A stretch of 57,303 bases of DNA, taken from contig DQWD01000337.1 in the NCBI GenBank assembly GCA_011042725.1, forward strand, positions 1 through 57,303, given 5' to 3'. The position numbers were made by a program, and so were the translations under genes. Position 1 is the first letter of the stretch. Every line of letters begins with the position of its first letter. Shown piece after piece: positions 40,906 through 50,374 of the stretch. The stretch is from Candidatus Aminicenantes bacterium (GTDB taxonomy: Bacteria; Acidobacteriota; Aminicenantia; Aminicenantales; Aminicenantaceae). Under the pieces are notes generated by a model. That model searched no databases. It saw only the letters and a program-made list of their open reading frames with translations, and had not been told where the DNA came from.

Positions 40906-42258
40906 TTGCTCAGAATGTATATTTTATATACTTGGCTACTAGCTTTCGCTCTTTTGATTTTCTATATTCCCTATTATTTTTTTCATTATCGAGTGCGACG
41001 GCGGCAAAAACTTTACCTTAAAGACAGGCTTGGTCTAAATTTGAAAAGCCTTTCTCCCCCTGATTCTCAACGACCTGTTTTGTGGTTTCACGCTGTTTCT
41101 GTTGGAGAAAGCCTATCTCTTCAGGGATTGATAAGGGCTCTTCGAAAAAAACACCCCGAATATGAGCTTAACCTCTCGTGTTTAACAAGTTCAGGAATGG
41201 AAGTAGCCAGCTCCAAGCTCAAGCAGGTTGACCGTCTCTTTTTTATTCCCTTTGATTTTGGTTTTATCCATAAGAAATACTTTGACTATCTCCACCCGGA
41301 TTTGTTAGTACTGGTGGAATCAGAGTATTGGCCCAATTTATTGAGGGCGGCTCGACGAAGAGGATGTCCGATCTTGGTGATTAATGCCCGAATGACAGAA
41401 AAAGTCTTTCGGCGTTACCGGCGCCTTAAGTTTTTGACTTCCCGATTGTTGAATCAAGTCGATAAGTTCTTAGTTCCTTCGGAAAAAGAGAAGCAAAGAC
41501 TTAGGCTTTTGGGGGTGGGAGAGGATAAAATAATGATCTCTGGTAATATGAAATGTGATCTTGAGCTTCCTTCCGTCACCGAAGAAGAGCGCCAACAACT
41601 GAGACGGAAATTTGGGTTTGAACGGCTGATTTTTTCCCGCCCGGTCCAAGTTTTTATGGCCGGGAGTATCCACCAAGGTGAGGAGGAAAAAATTCTCCGG
41701 GCCTTTAGCTTGGTTCGGAAAGAAAAAAGGCCGTATCTTCTAGTCATTGCGCCTCGTCATCTTGACTGGGTGGAGGAGATTGTTCGACTTGCTCATCAAT
41801 ACGGTTTTAAATGCCAAAGGCGGACTAAGCTTGTTGAAAATGATCTGGATGAAAGAACAAAAGCCCAGAAAGTAGCTTCTCCGCCTGACTGGGATGTCTT
41901 GGTTTTGGACACAATTGGCGAGTTGGCTACCTGGTATGCTCTGGCCGATGTGGTTTTAATTGGCGGTAGCTTGATTCCTTGGGGTGGCCATAATCTTTTG
42001 GAACCTGCTTTTTACGGCCGGCCAATTTATTTCGGGCCTTATATGCATAATTTTCAGGAGTTGAGCGATAAATTCAGGCACTCAGGCGGGGCTCAAATGG
42101 TTCAAGATGAAAAAGAACTAGCACGAATTCTCGTCCAAACCACGGAAGAGGAATTTCGCCAAAAAGGGAAAAAGGCTCAATTAACCCTTCGGGAACTCCA
42201 AGGGGCTACCGCGATAATTATCAGTGAAATTGAAAAACTTATTGACAAAAATGGTTAA
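40906..42258 (+). CDS. waaA: 3-deoxy-D-manno-octulosonic acid (Kdo) transferase
   Basis: WFHAVSVGE, ESEYWPNL, GNMKCD, APRH, DTIGEL, GGHNLLEPA. Confidence 0.94.
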   Translation: MLRMYILYTWLLAFALLIFYIPYYFFHYRVRRRQKLYLKDRLGLNLKSLSPPDSQRPVLWFHAVSVGESLSLQGLIRALRKKHPEYELNLSCLTSSGMEVASSKLKQVDRLFFIPFDFGFIHKKYFDYLHPDLLVLVESEYWPNLLRAARRRGCPILVINARMTEKVFRRYRRLKFLTSRLLNQVDKFLVPSEKEKQRLRLLGVGEDKIMISGNMKCDLELPSVTEEERQQLRRKFGFERLIFSRPVQVFMAGSIHQGEEEKILRAFSLVRKEKRPYLLVIAPRHLDWVEEIVRLAHQYGFKCQRRTKLVENDLDERTKAQKVASPPDWDVLVLDTIGELATWYALADVVLIGGSLIPWGGHNLLEPAFYGRPIYFGPYMHNFQELSDKFRHSGGAQMVQDEKELARILVQTTEEEFRQKGKKAQLTLRELQGATAIIISEIEKLIDKNG

Positions 42259-43078
42259 AAAATTAAGTTTAGGGTGGGGATTAGTATTCTGTTTGCTAAT
42301 GAATTATAGCCTTGCGCAAGAAAATAATCCTAATAACAGGGAAAGTTACCGCTTAAATAAAGATTTTTTAACCCGGACCGCTAAAGATTTGGGAGCGATT
42401 AGTTCAGCCCCATTTTCATGGGAAAAATCAGATTGGTTGAAATTTGCTTTTATTACCAGCGCGGGGGTAATTGTTTATTTTGTGGATAAACCTCTTCATG
42501 ATTGGGTTGAGGAGAATAAAACCGAAAGTTCTACCGATATTTCTAACTTTGTTTCCTATTTTGGGCACGGAGGAGTAATTGTTGCCGGGGCAGGAACTGG
42601 CTATTTGGTCGGGGAGTTAACCCACAGCGCCGAATGGAGAAAAACAGCGCTGCTGTCGCTGGAAAGTTGGGGCGCCTCGGGACTTTTGGTAACTTTGATG
42701 AAATTTCTTATTGGCCGGGAACGACCTTATGTCGAACATAAGGCCAATAGTTTCCATCCCTTCGCCTTCAAATCGGCTTACCGTTCTTTTCCTTCCGGCC
42801 ACGCCACTTCCGCCTTCGCCGTAGCAGCGGTTGTTGCCGAGCAAGTGGAAAGTAAAGTTGTGGATGGGATGGTTTACACCTTGGCCTCGTTGGTGTCCCT
42901 TTCGCGGGTTCATGACGGCGAACATTGGATGTCTGATGTTCTAATTGGCAGTGCTTTAGGTTACCTTGTAGGAAAGAAAATTTGCCGGTTACATTCTAAA
43001 ACTTCCCCTTCGCCTCTTGCTTTTAAAGTGAAATTTACTTGCCAGGGGGCGTCTTTCACCTGTCAATACTTTTTCTAG
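42251..43078 (+). CDS. PAP2 family phosphatase
   Basis: KFLIGRERP, SFPSGH, SRVHDGEHWMSD; N-terminal signal; overlaps the waaA stop. Confidence 0.9.
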   Translation: MVKKLSLGWGLVFCLLMNYSLAQENNPNNRESYRLNKDFLTRTAKDLGAISSAPFSWEKSDWLKFAFITSAGVIVYFVDKPLHDWVEENKTESSTDISNFVSYFGHGGVIVAGAGTGYLVGELTHSAEWRKTALLSLESWGASGLLVTLMKFLIGRERPYVEHKANSFHPFAFKSAYRSFPSGHATSAFAVAAVVAEQVESKVVDGMVYTLASLVSLSRVHDGEHWMSDVLIGSALGYLVGKKICRLHSKTSPSPLAFKVKFTCQGASFTCQYFF

Positions 43079-43153
43079 GGTCAGGAGAAGGCTAACAGAG
43101 GAAAAGTGAAATTAAAAATAGAGAAAAATAACAGACTTAAAAAGGAGAAAAAA

Positions 43154-44839
43154 ATGAGTCAAATAACCAGGCGGGAATTTTTGAAGAAAACTTCGGTATT
43201 GGCTCTGGCTTCGGGGAGTGGCTTTTTATTGAAAGGATGCACGAAGGGTAAGGATTTTGACTGGGTGATAAAAGGGGGCCGGGTAATTGATGGTTCAGGT
43301 TCGCCTCCCCGGGAAACTGATGTGGGGATCAAAGATGGTCTAATTGTGGAAATAGGGCCAATTTCTGCACGTCGGGCGAGGATGGTTTGTGAAGCCCGGG
43401 AAATGTTCGTCTGCCCAGGTTTTATTGACGTCCACGATCATACCGATGTTCAACTTTTAGTTGATCCTAAAGGAGAAAGTGCCGTTCACCAGGGGATAAC
43501 TACGCTGATGAGTGGTAATTGTGGTTACTCACCCTTTCCCATTGCCGATGAAATTTATGAGGAATTTAAATTAGATCTTAAGGAGCAGTACGGCTTGGAT
43601 CTTGATTGGCGAGATATCAGCGGCTTTTTGCAATGCTTGGAGAAGCAAGGTTTGGCTTTAAATTATGCCACCCTTGTTGGTCATGGCTCTATCAGGGGAG
43701 CAGCCATGGGTTTTGATGATCGAGAACCAACTGCTGAAGAATTAGCGAGGATGAAAGTAATGGTGGAAGAGGCGATGAAAAACGGAGCTTTTGGTCTTTC
43801 TAGTGGCTTAGAATATACCCCTGGGAGTTATGCGAAAACCGGCGAATTGATCGAATTATGTCGAGTGGTGACCCAACTAAGTGGAGTTTATGCCACCCAT
43901 ATGCGCGATGAAAGTGATTACCTTCTTGAAGCCCTCGATGAAAGTTTTCAAATAGCTCGTGTCAGTGGCGTTAGTATTCAAATATCTCATTTAAAGGTTG
44001 CCTATCCTAGTAATTGGTCTAAAATAGATGAAGCCTTGGCTCGTCTTGATCAAGCTGCAGAAGAAGGGATTAATGTTTTTGCCGATCGGTATCCTTATTT
44101 GGCGGCATCAACTGGACTAGGTAGTATTTTTCCTATTTGGGCGATGGAAGGCACAACCAAAGATTTCCTCCGTCGTCTCCAGGATAAGAGCCTAGAACAG
44201 AAATTTCGGGATTATCTGGCCAATGAAGAGAAAAGTCTTGGCTCTTGGGATAAAGTGCTTGTTGCCTCGGTGGTTAGCGAGAAGAATAGAAATTTTGAAG
44301 GGATGAGCATTCTTGAGTGTTGCCGACGAACTGGGAAAGACGCCTTTGAGTTCATCCGGGATTTGTTAGTTGAAGAGAGGAATCGCGTGGGCATGATCAT
44401 CTTCATGATGAAAGAGGAGAATTTAAAGAAAATCTTGGCTCATCCTTTGGTTGGAGTAGGTTGTGATGGAGGAGCTATTTCTCCCGAGGGTGTTCTTGGC
44501 AAGGGAAAACCTCATCCCCGCCACTATGGAACTTTTCCTCGGGTCCTAGGAAAATATATTCGCGAAGAAAAAATTCTTCCCTGGGAAGAAATGATCTCCA
44601 AGATGACCTATCGAGCCGCGGTAAAGTTCGGATTATCAAAGAGAGGGCTTTTAAAACCAGGATACCAGGCTGATGTTGTGGTTTTCAATCCGGAAACAGT
44701 CATTGATCGGGCGACTTGGACCAATCCTCATCAATTTCCCCAAGGAATCATCCATGTATTTGTCAATGGTATGAAGGTCATCGAGGAGGAGAAGCATACA
44801 GGACGCCTGCCTGGGTATGTGCTTCGAAAAAGAGTCTGA
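43154..44839 (+). CDS. N-acyl-D-amino-acid deacylase (amidohydrolase), predicted Tat lipoprotein
   Basis: TRREFLK plus LKGC lipobox; PGFIDVHDH, GNCG, THMRDE, ISHLK, PHPRHYGTFPRVLG. Confidence 0.9.
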   Translation: MSQITRREFLKKTSVLALASGSGFLLKGCTKGKDFDWVIKGGRVIDGSGSPPRETDVGIKDGLIVEIGPISARRARMVCEAREMFVCPGFIDVHDHTDVQLLVDPKGESAVHQGITTLMSGNCGYSPFPIADEIYEEFKLDLKEQYGLDLDWRDISGFLQCLEKQGLALNYATLVGHGSIRGAAMGFDDREPTAEELARMKVMVEEAMKNGAFGLSSGLEYTPGSYAKTGELIELCRVVTQLSGVYATHMRDESDYLLEALDESFQIARVSGVSIQISHLKVAYPSNWSKIDEALARLDQAAEEGINVFADRYPYLAASTGLGSIFPIWAMEGTTKDFLRRLQDKSLEQKFRDYLANEEKSLGSWDKVLVASVVSEKNRNFEGMSILECCRRTGKDAFEFIRDLLVEERNRVGMIIFMMKEENLKKILAHPLVGVGCDGGAISPEGVLGKGKPHPRHYGTFPRVLGKYIREEKILPWEEMISKMTYRAAVKFGLSKRGLLKPGYQADVVVFNPETVIDRATWTNPHQFPQGIIHVFVNGMKVIEEEKHTGRLPGYVLRKRV

Positions 44840-44861
44840 AAAAATTTGAAGTATAGAGACC

Positions 44862-45791
44862 ATGAGATTTAAGTTCTATTGGTTGTTGAAAACCCTAGTT
44901 TTTGTCTCCTGGATTTGCTTATTTAACATTGCCTCCTCTGGCCTTAATTTAATTTGGTCAATTCCCGAACCGCGGCCGCAAACTTCGACTGAGAAACCTG
45001 CAATTGAACTCGATTATCGTTCCCTAAAGCCCGGGGAAGTAATCAAGGTCAGTGTTCCTCAAGGCGAGCATCTTCGCCAAGTCGAGTTGAGGTTCGAGAA
45101 GCAAAAGTACAGACTTTATTTCGACCAAACCACCCAAACTTGGTTGGGATTCGTTGGCCTTGATTTTCAATTACCGCCAGGCCAATACTCTTTGGAAGCC
45201 ATCATGGTGGACATTCAAGGGAATGTGAGTAAGGTGCAGATTCCCCTGCTCGTTCAAATCAAAAAATTCCCTACTAAGAAACTTTGGGTGGAGCCTCGTT
45301 ATGTTACTCCTCCCCCTGAGGTAACCGAGAGAATAAGAAGAGAGTCAGCTCTTTTACGCAGTATTTTTTCTCTAGAAACTCCCTCCTGGTTCGGCGAAGG
45401 AAAGTTTATCCTTCCTACCCAAGGCAAGATCAATTTTAATTTTGGAGAAAGAAGAATTTATAACAACCAGCCTCGTTCATCTCATTCCGGAATAGATATT
45501 GCTGCGGTTACTGGTACTCCCGTCCTGGCCAGCAATTCGGGCCGGATAGTGCTGGCTTCAGAGCTATATTTTGCCGGAAAAACCGTCATCATTGATCATG
45601 GCCTGGGGCTTTACACTTTTTATGCTCATCTCTCCCAAATCAAAGTAAAACGAGATGACAAGGTGGTAAAGGGAGAGGTTATTGGCTTGGTGGGAGCTAC
45701 TGGTCGAGTAACAGGACCTCATCTTCATTGGAGTGTGCGTCTAAAGGGAAGCCGGGTTGATCCTCTCTCGCTGTTGGCTTTATCGGACTAA
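44862..45791 (+). CDS. M23 family metallopeptidase
   Basis: HSGID, YAHLS, GATGRVTGPHLHW; N-terminal hydrophobic anchor. Confidence 0.92.
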   Translation: MRFKFYWLLKTLVFVSWICLFNIASSGLNLIWSIPEPRPQTSTEKPAIELDYRSLKPGEVIKVSVPQGEHLRQVELRFEKQKYRLYFDQTTQTWLGFVGLDFQLPPGQYSLEAIMVDIQGNVSKVQIPLLVQIKKFPTKKLWVEPRYVTPPPEVTERIRRESALLRSIFSLETPSWFGEGKFILPTQGKINFNFGERRIYNNQPRSSHSGIDIAAVTGTPVLASNSGRIVLASELYFAGKTVIIDHGLGLYTFYAHLSQIKVKRDDKVVKGEVIGLVGATGRVTGPHLHWSVRLKGSRVDPLSLLALSD

Positions 45792-45856
45792 AAAGATAGA
45801 TAAAAAAAATTTTAACTAAACGTCTAGGGAATAGGGGCCAACTTCGGTTCGCGGAG

Positions 45857-45886
45857 TTGACAGTTTTCGTTCTTTTCCGGTAGGAT
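45857..45886 (+). promoter_or_regulatory. Putative sigma70 promoter of the permuted iPGM gene
   Basis: TTGACA-N18-TAGGAT; SD GGTAGGAG before ATG 45969. Confidence 0.55.
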
Positions 45887-45968
45887 GGCATCCTTAACAA
45901 AAAAATAATTATAGTTGGGGAATAATAATTTAGTTAAAAAGAAACTTCCCCGCTCTTTGAGGTAGGAG

Positions 45969-47597
45969 ATGGTCAAAAATTCAATGAGTAAAAAAAGCCA
46001 AGTTCAAAGCGCCTTTGTTCAGGCAATTAGAGAAGCTTATGGCCAGGGTCAAGAGGATGAAGCCTTGGAACCATTGGTGGCGGTCGATGAGCAAGGTCGT
46101 CCCTTGGGCCGCGTGCAGAAGGGAGATGTGGTGATTTTCTATGATTTAAGAGGCGAAAGAGAGATTGAATTGACCCAAGCCTTGACTGATGAAGAATTCC
46201 ATTATTTCCCTGTCGAGTCATTGGATCTAAGCATGGTCACTATGATTGAATATGCTTCCCGGTTAAAAGTTAAAGTGGCGTTTCCTCCCGAAGGTCCTGT
46301 CAACAATACTCTTACTGAGGTTTTATCTCGGGCCGGGAAGAGAGTTCTCAAAATCTCCGAGTCCGAGAAAGCTATTCATCTTGGTTATTTTATGAATGGG
46401 AAACAAGAGGTAATCTTTCCGGGAGAAAAAAGAAAAATTATTCCCTCACCTCAGGGTATCGCCAATTATGCGAAAGTTCCGCAAATGAGTGCTGCTCAGG
46501 TCACCGAAGCCATCATCGAGTCACTAGAAGAAGACCATGACTTAGTCATTGCTAATTATGCCAATGTGGATGTTGTCGGCCATATCGAGGATGAGCAAGC
46601 GGTGCTGGAGGCAGTGGAGGTTGTCGATAAAGAATTGGGGCGAGTGGTCAAAGCTTGCCAGGATAAGCACATCACGTTGGTGGTCACTGCCGACCACGGT
46701 ACTGTTGAAGAATGGTATTATCCCGATGGAACCATCGATACTGGACACACCCGCAATCCTGTTCCGTTTGTTTTGGCTGATTTTTCTCTTTCTTCTGGTT
46801 CGGAAAATGAGTTGAAACTTCGGTCCCAAGGAGAGTTGATCGATGTCGCCCCGACTATTTTAAACCTCCTGGGAGTAGACACCCCCCAGGAAATGACAGG
46901 TCAAGATTTGCTCGAGATTGGCGAACTAATTTCCTCATCTCGGTCAAAAATTCTCCTTCTTATCTTGGATGGTTGGGGCTTGAGAAAGGAAAAATGGGGC
47001 AATATGATTGCTCGAGCTAGGACTCCTAATTTTGAGAGTCTATGGGCTAATTATCCTCATTCTTTACTTGCAGCTTCGGGAGAAGCAGTGGGCATGCCGC
47101 CCGGAACAGTAGGTAATTCTGAGTCAGGTCATCTTCATTTAGGGGCGGGCCGCCGGATACTTCTTGACCGGGTGCGGATTGATAAGGCTATTCAGCAGGG
47201 AACCTTTTTCCAGAACGAAGCTTTTCTTTGGGCTCTAGACAAAGCCCAGAAGAGGGGAAGGGCCCTTCATCTTTTAGGCATTGTCTCTCATTATAGTTCT
47301 CATGGAACGATTGACCATCTTTTCGCTCTTCTCCGCCTGGCTCGCCAGCATAATGTTTCTCAAGTTTATATTCATTGTTTGATCGGACGCCGGGGAGAAA
47401 AACCCGAAAGTGGGGCCATCTACGTGCATAAAGTTGAGGAGATGGCTCGCTCTTTAGGGATTGGACAAGTAGTGACGGTCATCGGTCGTTTCTGGGCTCT
47501 GGACCGGGAGGAAAACTGGGATCGAGTGGAAAAAACCTATCGAGCTTTAGTTTACGGAGAAGGAACTCCAGTTAAGCAAGATAACCGGCGGCAATAA
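45969..47597 (+). CDS. 2,3-bisphosphoglycerate-independent phosphoglycerate mutase homologue, circularly permuted
   Basis: All GpmI motifs are present but in swapped order: ESEK, DVVGH, ADHG, TGHT, DVAPTIL, MTG come first; ILDGWG, GNSE, GAGR, GRFWALDR come last. Confidence 0.9.
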   Translation: MVKNSMSKKSQVQSAFVQAIREAYGQGQEDEALEPLVAVDEQGRPLGRVQKGDVVIFYDLRGEREIELTQALTDEEFHYFPVESLDLSMVTMIEYASRLKVKVAFPPEGPVNNTLTEVLSRAGKRVLKISESEKAIHLGYFMNGKQEVIFPGEKRKIIPSPQGIANYAKVPQMSAAQVTEAIIESLEEDHDLVIANYANVDVVGHIEDEQAVLEAVEVVDKELGRVVKACQDKHITLVVTADHGTVEEWYYPDGTIDTGHTRNPVPFVLADFSLSSGSENELKLRSQGELIDVAPTILNLLGVDTPQEMTGQDLLEIGELISSSRSKILLLILDGWGLRKEKWGNMIARARTPNFESLWANYPHSLLAASGEAVGMPPGTVGNSESGHLHLGAGRRILLDRVRIDKAIQQGTFFQNEAFLWALDKAQKRGRALHLLGIVSHYSSHGTIDHLFALLRLARQHNVSQVYIHCLIGRRGEKPESGAIYVHKVEEMARSLGIGQVVTVIGRFWALDREENWDRVEKTYRALVYGEGTPVKQDNRRQ

Positions 47598-47655
47598 GTC
47601 CTTTTGAAAATGAACATTTTGGGAGAATTAATCGTATTTAAAACAAGGGATAACA

Positions 47656-48579
47656 GTGACTCCAGCCGCTAAGATCTTAGACCTCCAAAGAATTGGTTAT
47701 AATTATGGGCAGATTAAAGCTCTTTCCGGAGTAAGTATCACAGTGGAGAAGGGCCCGGTCGGGCTTCTCGGGCCTAACGGAGCCGGCAAAAGTACCCTTT
47801 TGCGCTTACTGTTGGGTTTTTTAACTATCCAAGAAGGACAAGGAAAAGTTATGGGCTATGATGTCGCTCGAGAGAAGACTCGAGTGCGGCAAATTGTTGG
47901 TTATATGCCGGAAGATGAAAGCTATGTTCCCGGTATTGATGGAGTCACCTTGACAGCTTTGTTAGGTGAGCTATCGGGAATGCCTCGTCAAGAAGCGATG
48001 AAAAGGGCTCATGATGTGCTCTTTTATGTCGGCTTGGAGGAGAGTCGTTATCGTCGGGTGGAAAGTTATTCTAAAGGTATGCGCCAGAGATTGAAGTTAG
48101 CCCAGGCTTTGGTTCATGATCCCCAATTAATCCTCTTAGATGAACCAACTTCTGGTCTTGACCCTCAGGGAAGGGAAGAGATACTGGAGTTGATCACAGA
48201 TATTTCTAACCATGGCGTTCAGGTTTTAGTTTCTTCCCATATTCTTCCTGATATTGAAGAAACGTGCCAAGAGGTAATTATTCTCAATCAAGGTCAAGTG
48301 GCGGCCCAAGGAAATCTTCAAGAATTAAAAAAGCTAAATTATAACCTTTACGAGCTGAAGGTGGCGGGAGAAGCGGCTCCATTTTTGGCAAAGTTGCAAG
48401 AGCGGGGCTGTCGTTGGGAACAAGAAGAGGATTTGTGGAAGTTGTATCTTCCCCGGGAATTGTCGCCGCGAGTAATTTTTGAGTTGGCCGTGGAAGAGAA
48501 AGTTCAAGTTCGTCATCTAGTCAAAAGTCAATCCCGGCTGGAAGATTTATTTGCTCAAGTAGTCGGGGAGGAAGAATGA
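47656..48579 (+). CDS. ABC exporter ATP-binding protein
   Basis: GPNGAGKS, YSKGMRQ, LLDEPT. Confidence 0.93.
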   Translation: MTPAAKILDLQRIGYNYGQIKALSGVSITVEKGPVGLLGPNGAGKSTLLRLLLGFLTIQEGQGKVMGYDVAREKTRVRQIVGYMPEDESYVPGIDGVTLTALLGELSGMPRQEAMKRAHDVLFYVGLEESRYRRVESYSKGMRQRLKLAQALVHDPQLILLDEPTSGLDPQGREEILELITDISNHGVQVLVSSHILPDIEETCQEVIILNQGQVAAQGNLQELKKLNYNLYELKVAGEAAPFLAKLQERGCRWEQEEDLWKLYLPRELSPRVIFELAVEEKVQVRHLVKSQSRLEDLFAQVVGEEE

Positions 48580-49448
48580 GTATCAGAAAAAAGGGTTATA
48601 GCCACTGGGAAGGGCAACTCAAAGAGTCAGCTTTTGTTGCCTGGTTTCCTCTTACTCGATTAGGAATAAAACTAGCTTTCCAAAAGAGGTTTTTTAAACT
48701 TTTCTTTTTCTCGGCCTTTCTTCCCGCCTTAATTTTTCTAGCGGGAATCTATGTTTCGGAGCGGATGGAGGATTTTCGGTTTATGATTCAAGGCCAACCT
48801 TCCTTCCTCCAGATAACTCCTAATTATTTTAAAGCCTATTTTACTAACTCCTTTTTTCTTTTTTTACTAGTGTTGATGATGATTTTTGTGGGTTCGGGAT
48901 TAATTGCCGACGATTTAAAATTTAAAGCTTTACAACTTTATTTTGCTCGTCCCTTGCGCAAGGTCGATTATTTGCTGGGGAAGATGGCCACCTTAGGTTT
49001 TTTTCTCCTTCTTCTCAGTCTAATTCCGGGCTGGATTTTTGTGTTATTTAAACTCGTCTTTGCCGGCAACTTTGCCTTCCTGCGTTCTTATCCCTGGCTA
49101 CCGTTAGCGGTAGTTGCTTATTCCTTAATTTTAACTTTATTTTTTGCTATTTATACTTTGACTCTTTCGGCTCTCAGTAGCAATAGTCGACATGTGGCCT
49201 TGATGATCTTCGGGATTTATTTGGCTTCGGATATCATTTTCGGTATTTTTTATCAAAACTTTCATCATCCCTACCTGGCTCTTCTTTCGCTGAAATTGAA
49301 TCTTCAGCAAGTGGGAGCAGCGCTTTTTGGAGAGAAACTCTTTTATCCTGTTCCTTGGGGATGGTCGCTTTTACTTCTTATTATGTTGATGGGGTTGGGC
49401 TTAGCTATTCTTAACCGGCGAATCAGAAGCGTTGAGGTGGTTAAATGA
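48576..49448 (+). CDS. ABC-2 type permease
   Basis: Six TM segments; GLIADD...LYFARPL...YLLGK. Confidence 0.85.
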   Translation: MSIRKKGYSHWEGQLKESAFVAWFPLTRLGIKLAFQKRFFKLFFFSAFLPALIFLAGIYVSERMEDFRFMIQGQPSFLQITPNYFKAYFTNSFFLFLLVLMMIFVGSGLIADDLKFKALQLYFARPLRKVDYLLGKMATLGFFLLLLSLIPGWIFVLFKLVFAGNFAFLRSYPWLPLAVVAYSLILTLFFAIYTLTLSALSSNSRHVALMIFGIYLASDIIFGIFYQNFHHPYLALLSLKLNLQQVGAALFGEKLFYPVPWGWSLLLLIMLMGLGLAILNRRIRSVEVVK

Positions 49449-50374
49449 ACCCGGTCGTTGAGACAAAAAATTTATCCAAATATTATGGCAATGTGCTGGG
49501 ATTGAGTGATGTCTCGGTAGAAATTCATCCAGGAGTAGTTGGCCTTCTTGGTCCCAATGGGGCGGGGAAATCAACCTTTTTAAAGTTGATCACCGGGCAA
49601 TTGAAACCTAGCTTGGGACAAGTTTATGTGTTTGGCCAGAAGATTTGGAATAACCCTCAACTCTTTGCTGATATCGGTTATTGCCCAGAGACAGATGCTT
49701 TTTTTGAGGATTTATCGGGTTGGCAATTTCTAACCTGGATGCTCCAACTCCATCACTTTTCGGCTTGCCAGGCCAAAGAGAAGGCAAACGAAATCCTTGG
49801 TTTTCTTCATCTTGCCGAGGACAAAGACCGTCTCATTCGTTCCTACAGCCGGGGAATGAGGCAACGGCTAAAAATAGCCCAAGCCATCGCTCATGACCCC
49901 CAACTAATTATTCTTGATGAGCCTTTGAATGGATTGGATCCTTTGGGAAGAAGGAAGGTGATTAAATATATCCGCAAGATGGGTGAAGAAGGCCGAACGG
50001 TAATTGTCTCTAGCCATGTCCTCCCTGAAATTGAAGCCATGACTAAAAAGATAATCCTCATTCATCAAGGGAAAATATTTGCCTCGGGAAATATTCACTA
50101 TATTCGGGAGTTAATCGATTCCCATCCTCATATCATTTCCATTAAATGCAACCAAGTTCGGGATTTGGCCGCAGCCTTGATCAAAGCCGAAGAAGTAATT
50201 AAGGTCTTTTTTACTCCCGATCCCCAAGAAGTTCAGATTGAGACCCGCCAGCGCGATGTTTTTTTTGATCGTCTGCAGAAGCTTATTCTTGAACTTGATT
50301 TAAATGTGGAGGCCATCACTTCCCCTGATGACAATCTCCAGGCGGTGTTTGACTATTTAATTGGAGAAAAATAA
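49445..50374 (+). CDS. ABC exporter ATP-binding protein
   Basis: GPNGAGKS, YSRGMRQ, ILDEPL. Confidence 0.93.
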   Translation: MNPVVETKNLSKYYGNVLGLSDVSVEIHPGVVGLLGPNGAGKSTFLKLITGQLKPSLGQVYVFGQKIWNNPQLFADIGYCPETDAFFEDLSGWQFLTWMLQLHHFSACQAKEKANEILGFLHLAEDKDRLIRSYSRGMRQRLKIAQAIAHDPQLIILDEPLNGLDPLGRRKVIKYIRKMGEEGRTVIVSSHVLPEIEAMTKKIILIHQGKIFASGNIHYIRELIDSHPHIISIKCNQVRDLAAALIKAEEVIKVFFTPDPQEVQIETRQRDVFFDRLQKLILELDLNVEAITSPDDNLQAVFDYLIGEK

